Part shown: positions 26,911-37,700 of the stretch, piece by piece
Layout of the letters: every line of letters begins with the position of its first letter
How positions within the stretch are numbered: position 1 is the stretch's first letter
From: Mobula hypostoma
Taxonomy: Eukaryota
NCBI RefSeq assembly: GCF_963921235.1
Contig: NC_086109.1
Span: 76,818,001-76,882,000 of the forward strand
Reading direction: 5' to 3'
Length of the DNA stretch: 64,000 nucleotides
Position numbers and translations under genes: made by a program
Notes under the pieces: model-generated
The model's input: only the letters and a program-made list of their open reading frames with translations
The model's database searches: none
What the model was told of the DNA's origin: nothing

Positions 26911-27311
26911 TTAATGGGCTAAACTGCAATGTAATAACATGATTTGGCACAATGACAAGTGGTTACAAGAGTAATAAATTGTAAATATTATGTTCTGCGA
27001 CTGATGCAGGCTTTGTAATGAATATTTGGGTTCTAAATGTTTTGGGAAGTGGAATTGCTTGGAATTAACATTTGACTGCTAATTAAAATGACATTGCAGA
27101 ATGAAACTGGGCAAATTTAAGTTTGTATAAGCATTGGAGCCACGAAGCTGAATTTGGTGCTCTGTACTGTGTGAAACTATTTCTCGGATGTTGGTCTTGA
27201 TTGGGTTTGATTATTTTTCATGTTCTTCAACAGAAGTAGTAAGCAGTGTCCTGCATTGGTTCTATTTGACATTCTTTTTGTTACAATCTCTGACTTTAGC
27301 TGTAAGAGGCC

Positions 27312-27760
27312 AAGTTCAGAGTAAATTTGTTATCAGAGTCTATGTCACCATATACCACCCTGAAGATTCATTTTCCAACTAGCATTCACAGTGGAACGAA
27401 GAAATACGACAGAATCAGTGAAGAACTGCATACACACTCAGACAAACAACCAATGTGCAAAAGGCAAACTGCAAATAAAAAAATAAATACAGTAAATAAT
27501 ACTGAACAAGAGTTGTAGAGTCCTTGAAAGTGAATCCATGGGTTGTGGAGTCAGTTCAGAGTTGAGGTCGGTGAAGTTACTCATGCTGGTTCAGGAGCCT
27601 GATGGTTGAAGGTTAATTGTTCCTGAATCTGGTGGTGCAGGACCTTAGGCTTTTGTACTTCATTCCCGAATGCAGCTGTGAGAAGAGAGCATGGCCTGGA
27701 TGGTTGGTGTCCTTGATGATGGATGCTGCTTTCTTGTGGCAGCGCTTCTTAGAAGTGCTC
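27312..27760 (-). mobile_element. Rex1/Babar-type LINE 3' end
   Basis: KRCHKKAASIIKDTNHPGHALFSQLHSGMKYKSL; tail aaatttactctgaactt. Confidence 0.8.
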
Positions 27761-28439
27761 AAAGGTAGAAACTCAAACAGATTTGAAGTCTCGGTCAAGC
27801 CTTTCCTTAAAGCCGCTTGTCAGTGGCTTGATCATCTGTTGGTGTTTTACAAATTTGGTCTTATTTAAAGTTTAACTTTTCTGAATACCCAAGAACAACT
27901 TCTGGTGTAACGTGACCTGCTGGGACACCAATGTGTACTTGGAATAATGGACTTCTATCCATTGTAATTTTAAATTATTTGTTTGACACACTTTAGGAAG
28001 GGATGTGAGAGTTGGCTGTGATATGATTCCAGATGTTGGGATTGAGTAATACAAAGATTTAATCATTTGCAGGCTATACCCTGTTTATTGTTGTGTTCAG
28101 TATTAAAGTACTGGCAGTTGTTGAATTTCTAACTAAAATTTAAGATTAAATTGGCAGTCGTCATCGATATTTAAAGCAGCAGAGTTGTTATCCCTTTTGT
28201 CAATGTAGGAGCACGATTTTTTTCATTTTTTGCTTGAAGATTAGTTCAGCTGTTTATAAATGTATCAGAAGTAATTATTAAATGATATTTTCAATAAAGC
28301 AGTGCTTTGGAAACTGAACATTTAGTCCTTATACTGTTTTGTAATGCTCAAATGGACAATTTTGTTGTTTGAACTTTCAATAATATGGATCCTTTCATAT
28401 TTGGATGCTCCAGTGTTTTAAAACCAAGGGTTGCCTATT

Positions 28440-28805
28440 TTGCTGGGCCAGATTGCAAAGGTCAGGTTGTCGGGGCCGGAGGCGAGGGGCAGGCCGATGT
28501 TCAGCTCGCTGCTCCATAAGGTTTACTCATCACTGCGCTGATCTGAGGCTGTGGCCCGCAACTATCAAGCTCCTGAATCGGCTGCAGTGATGCATGGCTT
28601 TGTGTCTGTGAACTCGCTTTTGTGAACTTCAGTTCCGTACGTTTGCTTGCTTTTATTGTTTGCACTATTTGTTCTCCTCCCCTGCCCCCCGCACATGTTT
28701 GACAGACTTTTTTAATGGATTCTATTGGGTTTTTGTTTAGTGGCTGCCTGTAAGGAAATAATTCTCAAGGTTGTATATAGTATACACACTTTGATAATAT
28801 ACTTT
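28440..28805 (+). mobile_element. Non-coding SINE-like element with a Rex/Babar-type 3' tail
   Basis: Tail gtggctgcctgtaagga...ctcaaggttgtatat...actttgataat is shared with 60870-61610 and resembles the LINE tail at 8200-8274. Confidence 0.6.
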
Positions 28806-29515
28806 AATTACAATGTACAGAAATAGGAGAAACCATGTTGTGTAGAGTAAGATTCAATAAGTGCTCTTAACTAGATAGAGGCTGTAAAAGTCCATGATGC
28901 CATTCAAAGTTCTCCCTCTAAGTAGCACTGAATCTCACAACTCTATCACAGCTTTAATCTCTGGCAATTCTTGAATTAGCCAGCTGAAGGCCATCGGGGA
29001 AAATGCCTGCAAGCCTTATGGTATTGTGTAAGGTGCATGGTAAAATGGAGCCTGTCTCTGTAAACTTCCACTGCTATGGAGATTATAAAGAAATTGTGTT
29101 GAGGGGAGGTAGTAGGGTAAGGCCAACGTCTTCATTATAGTAATTTAAATTGTAGAACTTTGTTTACTGCTAAGTAGTTACAGTATAGTATTGGTCTCAT
29201 TTGGGAAATTAACTGACATTTTTCTTTAAACGTTACGCATTGGCAGTTTACTCATTAGGTTATAAAATTGGGTGTAATTACCTATTTTTAGGCATAAAAT
29301 TAGGATATCGTGCAAATGAGTATAAATAACTTTCAAAATGGCAATTATATGCAGTGGTGTGTGGCAAGGGTCAGTGATTAGATGAATCCTTAATTACCTA
29401 GACTTGCAAAAGAATGTAATATTTAAGTTTGTCAACAATACAAAACATGGTTGAAAGTAAGTTGTAAGGGTGTCATTGAAGTTACCAAGTGATAAATGAG
29501 AAACATGATGGCAAA

Positions 29516-30190
29516 TTAGATTAGATTATGAGGACACGCAGTCCTCTTTTATTGTCATTTAGTAATGCATGCATTGAGAAATGATACAATTTGTTCCTCC
29601 AGAATGATATCACAGAAACACAAGACAAACCAGGACTAAAAAAAGCTGACAAAAACCACATAATTATAACATATAGTTACAACAGTGCAAAGCAATACCG
29701 TAATTTGATGAAGAACAGACCATGGGCACGGAAAAAAAAAAGGCTCAAAGTCTCTCGAAAGTCCCATCATCTCACACAGATGGTTGAAGGGAGAAACTCC
29801 CCCTGCCATGAGCTTCCAGCGCCGCAAATTTGCTGATGCAGCATCCTGGAAGCACCCCGACCACAGTCCGACTCTTGAGTGCGTCCAAAAACTTTGAGCC
29901 TCCGACCAGCCCTCCGACACAGAGCACCATCTCTGCCAAGTGCTTCAACCCTGGCAACGAGCAATAGGTAAAGCCGAGGATTCAGGGCCTTCCCCTCCGG
30001 AGATTCTTGATCACACAGTGGCAGCGGCAGCGAAGCAGGCATTTCAGAAGTTTCTCCAGATGTTCCTCTGTGCTTCTCACATCCGTCTCCATCAAATCAG
30101 GATTGTGCACGGCCCCTATTTAATAAATACAATATCAATTCGGAGCGGCCGCGCATGCTGCGTCGTGCCGCCATCTTCTCCTCCCCTCCC
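29516..30190 (-). mobile_element. Non-autonomous retroelement with a 3' stem-loop and (TAATC)n tail
   Basis: Minus strand begins GGAGAAGATGGCGGC and ends GAGGAC-TGCGT-GTCCTC ataatctaatctaat; no recognisable protein. Confidence 0.65.
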
Positions 30191-30243
30191 CTATGGAGTA
30201 TACTGTGGAGAAGTGAGGGATTATTGGCTGGTAGAATGTGAAT

Positions 30244-31048
30244 ATAGATAGATAGATCGATATACTTTATTAATCCCTAGGGAAATTTGGTTTCGTTACA
30301 GCCGCACCAACCAAGAATAGGGCGTAAATATAGCAATACAAAAAACTCCAACAATCAAACACCAAAATGCAAAACTATGCCAGATGGAAAATAAGTCCAG
30401 GACCAGTCTATTGGCTCAGGGTGTCTGACCCTCCACGGGAGGAGCTGCACTTTCGATGGCCACAGGCAGGAACGACCTCCCGTGCCGCCAGTGTTGTATC
30501 ACGGTGGAATGTGACCAAAGTCTAACAGTAAAAAGTTCAATATCCAGTCTGCAAACACGTTCCTCGATCATAATATACCCCGGATTGCACCATCTGTTGT
30601 TAGCCAGATCAGTAAGCACTTGAACTCCTTTACGCTTACCGCTCTCAGTGCACTTCCGGTCAGCCGGAACGGTATTACCCACCGAACTCCTCTTCTCCAA
30701 AAGTCTCTGTTGTCTCGACCCGGTCCTCTTTCCTTGGCTTTGTGATCCCCCTCTGTGTTTTCCTCCGGATTTCAGCAGGGGTGTCCACCGCTCTGTTCAC
30801 TAAGCCGGCCGGTCTTTGTTGGTCCGTGGAATACACAATGCGACCTTCTGTCCCACGTGTCTTCCAGCGCTAAAGAAAACCCAAATAAAACTCTCTCTAC
30901 CGGCCTGTTAGAGAAGGTGCTGCTTCAACGTGTTACCGTGAGAAAAAAAATACAAAAAAATAACGTAAATTAGAAAGTAAGAAGAAGAAACTAAGAATAG
31001 ATGGGAACGGCTGTACCAGGCTGCATGCACGACTGGCGCATGCTCACC
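30244..31048 (-). mobile_element. Internally deleted (bipartite) Rex1/Babar LINE derivative
   Basis: ORF 30416-30700 fuses endonuclease motifs (ADR..ESGKRKG...NNRWCNPGYI...DIELF) to the C-terminal tip (GRSFLPVAI); 3' end matches 54510-55048; (TATC)n tail. Confidence 0.8.
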
Positions 31049-31305
31049 AAATATTCTTGACTATTTGGTGTTCTGAAGGATTGTGGTCTTGCAGGCTCAA
31101 AAGGTATGCAGGTACAGCAAGCAATTAGAAAGGCACCACCATTATATACAAGGAAAAGTCTTGCAGCAATTGTAAAGGACCTGAGTACCTTGGTTGTTTT
31201 TGTCTTTTAATTCTTGATTTGTGTCTATGGTTTAGATCCTTTTGAATGCAAAGGCTTTTCATAGGTCCATGTTCTCTAAAGAATAGTTGATCGCAATGAA
31301 ATGTG

Positions 31306-34192
31306 TAGTGCCTAGAAAAAAAATATCCCCCCCCCCCCCCCACTTCTGGGAGTTTTTATGTTCTACAAACCCCATTTCCAGAAAAGTTGAGATATTTTCC
31401 AAAATGCAATAAAAACAAAAATCTGTGATATGTTAATTCACGTGAACCTTTATTTAACTGACAGAAGTACAAAGAAAAGATTTTCAATAGTTTTACTGAC
31501 CAACTTAATTGTATTTTGTAAATATACACAAATTTAGAATTTGATGGCTGCAACACACTCAATAAAGGTTGGGACAGAGTTAAAATAAGATTGAAAAGTG
31601 CACAGAATATTCAAGTAACACTGGTTTGGAAGACTCATTAAGCAGGCTAATTGGTAGCAGGTGAGGTATCATGACTGGGTATAAAAGTAGCGTACTTTTA
31701 TACCCAGGTACTTCGGAAAACCATTGTCACTCAACACAGTCCGTCGCTGCATCCAGAAATGCAACTTGAAACTGTATAACGCAAGGAGGAAACCATAAAT
31801 CAACTCTATGCAGAAATGCCAGCGAGTTCTCTGGGCCCTAGCTCATCTCAGATAGACCAAAAGACTGTGAAACCGTGTGCTGTGGTCAGATGGGTCCACA
31901 TTTCAGCTAGTTTTCGGAAAAAACGGGCGTCAAGTTCTCCGTGCCAAAGATGAAAATGGCCATCTAGATTGTTATCAACGAAAGGTGCAAAAGCCAGCAT
32001 CTGAGATGGTATGGGGGTGCATCAGTGCCCACAGCATGGGTGAGTTGCACGTATGTGAAGGTACCATTGACTCTGAGGCGTATATTAGGATTTTAGAGAG
32101 ACACATGTTGCCATCAAGGCGACGTCTCTTCCCGGGACGTCCATGCTTATTTCAGCAGGACAATGTCTGACCACATTCTGCACGGGTTGCAACAGCGTGG
32201 CTTTGTAGACACAGAGTGCGTGTGCTTGACTGGCCTGCTGCCAGTCCAGATCTATCTCCTATTTGAAAATGAATGGCGCATCATGAAGAGGAGAATCAGA
32301 CAACAGAGACCACGGACTGTTGAGCAGCTGAAGTCTTATATCAAGCAAGAATGGACAAAATTTCCAATTGCAAATCTACTACAGTTGGTATCCTCAGTTC
32401 CAAAACGATTAAAAAGTGTTATTAAAAGGAAAGGTGATGTAACACAATGGTAAACATGCCTCTGTCCCAACTTTTGTTGAGTGTGTTGCAGCCATCAAAT
32501 TCCAAATTTGTGTATGCTTACAAAATACAATTAAGTTGGTCAGTAAAACTATTGAAAATCTTTTCTTTGTACTTTTGTCAGTTAAATAAAGGTTCACGTG
32601 AATTAACATATCACAGATTTTTGGTTTTTATTGCATTTTGGAAAATATCCCAACTTTTCTGGAAATGGGATCTGTACATCGTTGGCTCACAGTGGATTTA
32701 ATTTGGCTTTTTTTTTTGACACTGATCAACAGAAAGACTTTTGTGTCAAAGTGAAAACAGATCTCAAAGTAATCTAAATTATGAATATAAAACACAATTA
32801 TTGATTGCATAAGTATTCACCCCCCCCCCTTTAATGTGACATACCAAATCATCACTGTTGCAGCCAATTGCTTTTAGGAGTCACATAAATTAGTTAAATG
32901 GAGACCTGTGTGAAGTCAAGGTGTTTCAATTGTTTATAGTAAAAATACAGCTGTATCTAGAAGGTCCAATTGCTGGTGAGTCAGTATTCTGGCATAAACT
33001 ACACCATGAAGATAAAAGAACACTCCAAGTAACTCCGCAAAAAGATTATTGAAAAGCAAAGTCAGGAGAAGGAAATTTTCTTGTATCCAGGTCACTGAAT
33101 ATCCTTTGAAGTACAATTAAGTAAATAGTCAAGATATGGAAAGAATATGGCAGCTGTAAATCTGCCTAGAACAAGGTGTCCTTTTAAAAAAAAAACTGAG
33201 TGACTGTGCAAGAAGAGGACTAATGAGGGAGGCCACTAAGAGACCTATAACTCTGGAGGAACTCTGGAGTGGCTGAGATGGAGAGACCGTGCATGTAATA
33301 ACTGTTGCCTAGGTGCTTCACCAGTTGCAGCTTTATGGGAGAGTGACAAAAAGAAAGCCACTGTTGGGGGGGAGGGGGAAACTCACATGAAATCTTTGCT
33401 AGAGTTTGTCAGAAGGCATGTGGAAGACTGAAATTAGTTGGTAAGATCTATGCTCTGAAACCAAAATAGAGCTTTTTGGCCATCAGGCTTAACACTGCAC
33501 ATCATCAAAAACACACCATCCCTACTGTGAAGCATGGTGGCGGCTGCATCATGCTGTGGGGATGCTTCACTGTAGCAGGCTCTAGAAGGCTTGTGAAGGT
33601 AGAGGGTAAAATGAATGCAGCAAAATACAGGGAAATCCTGGTGGAAAAACCTGATGCAGTCTGCGAGAGACCTGTGACTTGGGGTCATTGACTTGCTGGA
33701 AAATAGATCCCAAGCTTAAAGCCAAAGCTATACAAGAATGGCTTTAAAACAATAAAGTTAATGTCCTGGAGTAGCCAAGTCAGAGTCCAGACCTCAATCC
33801 AATTGAGAATTTGCAGCTGTACTTGAAAAGGGCTGTTCGCTCATGATTCTCTTGCAATCTGACAGTTTTAGCAGTTTTGTAAAGAGGAATGGGGAGAAAA
33901 ATGCAGCGTCCAGATGTGCAAACCTGGTAGAGACCTATCCACACACTCACACTGCCAAAGGTGCATCTACTAAATACTGACTTAAAAAGAAGTGATTAAT
34001 AATGTAATCAATTACTTTGTTTAATAATTGTAATTTAGACCAACTTGTAGAAATTTGTTTTCACTTTGACACGTAAGAGTCTTTTCTGTTGATCAGTGTC
34101 AAAAAAGTTAAATTAAGTCCACTGTGATTCAATGTTTTAAAGCAATAAAACATGAAAGCCTCCAAGGGGGTGAATACTTTTTATAGGCACTG
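31306..34192 (+). mobile_element. Tc1 transposon (Passport-like, IR/DR), inactivated, with a second Tc1 inside its left TIR
   Basis: Left tagtgcctagaaaaa..., right ...tgaatactttttataggcactg|TA; ATG 33006 MKIKEHSK*; [26 protein letters not shown]; SQSPDLNPIENL. Confidence 0.9.
31366..32674 (+). mobile_element. Tc1 (DD34E) transposon with ~210-bp TIRs and an N-terminal deletion
   Basis: TA|CAAACCCCATTTCCAGAAAAGTT...AACTTTTCTGGAAATGGGATCTG|TA; LWSDGSTF, MVWGCIS, FQQDN, WPAASPDLSPI, KRKGDVTQW*. Confidence 0.93.
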
Positions 34193-34643
34193 TATGTCTT
34201 TAAGAGACCCTAACAGCATCGCCACTGAGCTTGGCTTTTCTCTGGCAAGGAAATTTGGAACTGGAGGTTGTAATTTTAAGATTGTTCAGGTATTTGGATA
34301 GGATTTTTATCTCATGGCTTGTGAATTTTTGGAATTCCTATCTGATAAAGCCATGGATGTTCATTCACGAGTGAGCTTCTTGGATCTTTTGACTCGGAGG
34401 GAATTAAGGGCACAAATAATTTTAAATCAAGATATTTTCGACTGGTTTAATAAGCTCAAGGTGTGCCATTGGCTCTCACTTGTACTCAGAATTTTAAAAT
34501 TTTCATTTCTGGGAAGCTTTGTATTGGTTTAAAATCTTTACCGTTTAAAATCTCTGCATGTTTTCTTGGCAGAAATTACAATTGGTTAAAGATTGAATTG
34601 TTATATTGTTGCAGAATAAAGTGATATAATTGCTACTGAAGAG

Positions 34644-34769
34644 ATGGCTGTGCCCTTCAAAAAGGATCTGGAGAAATATAAAGATATTGATGAGGATGAA
34701 CTTCTTGGCAAACTGAGTGAGGAGGAATTGAAGCAGCTGGAAAATACCCTTGAGGAACTGGATCCAGAG
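34644..34769 (+). CDS. TMOD3: Tropomodulin first coding exon (tropomyosin-binding site 1)
   Basis: ATG at 34644; [42 protein letters not shown]; donor GAG|GTGGGA; probable acceptor ttttcttggcag| at 34572. Confidence 0.95.
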
Positions 34770-37700
34770 GTGGGATTGGAATTTTTGACATTTTCCATTG
34801 CATGTTTGGGCCTTGTGACTCTTCAGAAATAAAGCTAAACGTTTTTGGAAAGAAAAAATTTGTGATCTTTCATTATCAGAAATTTCTTTTGAACGACAAT
34901 GCAAGCCATGTTTGAACTACTGCATAAAGTTTTACAATTGGGTACTGAAGGGCTACAAGTTGTGCATTGTGATGCTAAAACAAGCTTGTTACTGGAGAGG
35001 AGTGTTTTTTAATTTAATTTGCATTGCATTTGTTCCCATTCTGTCACTGACCTATGGAAGCCACCTGATTTCCACATCTTTCCAAATGAGTTTTCACACA
35101 TTGTATTTGTGATTTTAAAAAAATTCAGAGCATTATGTGCGCACCTCCATCATATAGGTTATAGATGAGTACCAAGTAACTTCTTTAGTCTGTTTATACA
35201 TTTAACTTGATCACCTTCCAAAATTCTGCTCCTTCCATCAAATGTCCACACTTAGTTGCAGCTTTTGGTCCTTTTCATTTCGTCAGTGTCCAAGGGATTT
35301 GTACTGTTATGGAATGAATTTAAATTAGTTTGGTGGAGGAAGAATATAATGTAACTCACCCTAAAGTGTTAAATGAGCCTTAAATAAGTTGAGAAGCTTG
35401 GAGGCTTGGGGAAGTAAACTCAAGGTTTACAGTGTAAAATGTTTCATTTGTTCATGAGGGAACTACAAATAGCAATATAATGTTTGAAATTGTTGTGGGG
35501 AGCTGCAATGAGGAAAACTTCACCTGCCAATGATATGCTTATGTAGAAGTGTCATAAGGCACATGGTCCTTAAAATGCTTAATCCTTAAACACTTCTTTC
35601 TTAATGTAAAGGTGATCGGTAAACAATGGATAGCTCTATTGGATAAACAGTTACAAATTGATTGTGGACTAAATGAACTTGTGTTATCAATTGTTAACTG
35701 ACTGGCTTATCTGGCTATTGTATCAGGCTAGCACTGCACATCATCAAAAACTGTGAAGCATGGTGGCAGAGAGAGACAGACACCCCAACACCCCTTGGGA
35801 TTCCAGAATCCTATGTGCCAAGGATTTGTCAGGGCCCTACCTGGCTCTCATGATCTCTCCCCGAATCCTTTTCTGGTGTTATATTTCTCAAGGGATCAGT
35901 TTGATTATCTTTTCGTAAATTTCATTCTGCTTTCTTTTACCTTAACTAAATTCTTCCTCTCTCATCAAAGGTTCCTTTACCTTGCTATCTAATACAGCTG
36001 TGATATTGTTCCTGATTAGTATTACAACTCCTCCCCTTTATATCTATCACATCTGAAACATCCAAACCTTGAAATAGTTAAGCAGATATTTCTGCCCCTG
36101 CTCAAACAAGTCTTGCATCGTTCCTTGCATAGATCTGTGCTCTGTTCTTAGCTCATAAATAACACTTCAATTAAAATAAGCACATTTAACTTTTATGTCT
36201 AGTATGTACATTGCCTGTTCTTAGACTTGCTGGTCCTGATATCTACCTTTCCTTCAATTTTTTTCAGTTTCTAATGTTCTGGTTCCCATTCTCCTCCCCA
36301 CCAAATTAATTTAAACGCTTCTGAGCAGTGCTGGTGTGCCTCACTGCTAGAATATTTGTTGTGCTTGTTGCCTTTGTTGAAGTTACCCCAGCCTCATGTT
36401 TTTCAACCATGTATTGATCTGTGGTATCCTTCTATTCCTGTTCTCATTAGCACATAACACAAAGAGTAATCTGGAGATTCCCACCCTTATTCCTGTTTTT
36501 CAGACTCCTTCCTAACTCTGTAGGCATTTTCCCTATTCTCAGCATCACATTGCATTAAAGTAAGGTTGGTGTGAGAACATTAAGTTATAGGAGAGCAGAT
36601 ATCCTGATGTTTCTTACTCTGAAAGTTAGAGATAGGATTGGGAGGATGCTAAAGGAGTTGAGCAAAGAGTGGATAGAATTGTTCATAACCTAACAGTCAC
36701 CAAAATTTAAAAGCTGAAGTTTCTGATCTTCTCTGAATGTTGTTTGGCTTATATACATGTATTTTGTTTAGACTTGTAAAATATTATTTTCTCTGCCACT
36801 TTAGCATGCACTCCTGCCAGCAGGCTATCGTCAGAAGGACCAGACTCTTAAATCCCCAACAGGCCCCTTTAATAGAGAACAGCTTCTCTTATTCTTGGAG
36901 AAAGAGGCCTTGGAATACAAAGATAGAGAAGATTTTGTGCCTTTCACTGGAGAGAAAAAAGGTACAGTGCTCAACTTGAGTTCAGACTTGCACATTTTTT
37001 TGCATGTTTGCATCTTTGCGGGATTTAAGGAAAGATTTAAGTTTTTAACTTTTCCAATCTTGTGCCTGTAAATTAAGCATAGACACTAGAGCAAGCTCAA
37101 GAATTTTATTTAATCTTATTAGAATATTCAAATCCTCCCTTGTGAACTTTAAAAATTTGAATGTCAAATTTCAGCATATTTAGAAACTAAAAATCATGTT
37201 CTGTGAATTTTTGCTTTACAATATTGTTAGAATTAACATCTTAAAGAATTCAATCCTTAAGGTTTGCTCTTTATTTTAAATGTTGAAATGTAGGCATTTG
37301 TATTTTATTAAGACAAAGAACCCCTGTGTAGTTCCTGCTGCAAATCAAGCATAATTATTGATTAACGAAAACATACTTGAGTACATAATATTCAAATGAG
37401 AGGGTTTTGATACACTCCTGTTATGCATCAGGCATGCTAATTACAGTATATAGATGTGTTGTAATTGAGGAAAATGTTTTTAAAAGGATAATGGGCCTGA
37501 GGTGGTTAATCCTCATTTAGGATTTTTTTTAATGTTGGCAGCAGTTTGGGGTTGTCTTAGCTTTTGGATGAGTTTGTGCAGAAGTAGATCTAACATTGAG
37601 CAATTGGGAATTGCCAGAGAACTGCATATTTAATTTAAATGCATATTTTATGCTCTTCCAAGTAATTGACTGTAGAATAGCACTGGCATTTCCAACCAGT

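Noticed and set aside
1-34570. Promoter, CpG island or first exon of the gene, or an upstream TMOD2
   Set aside because: The CpG-richer patches (about 15.1-15.6 kb, 25.3 kb, 29.8-31.0 kb) all fall inside TEs, and no tropomodulin-like coding sequence is seen.
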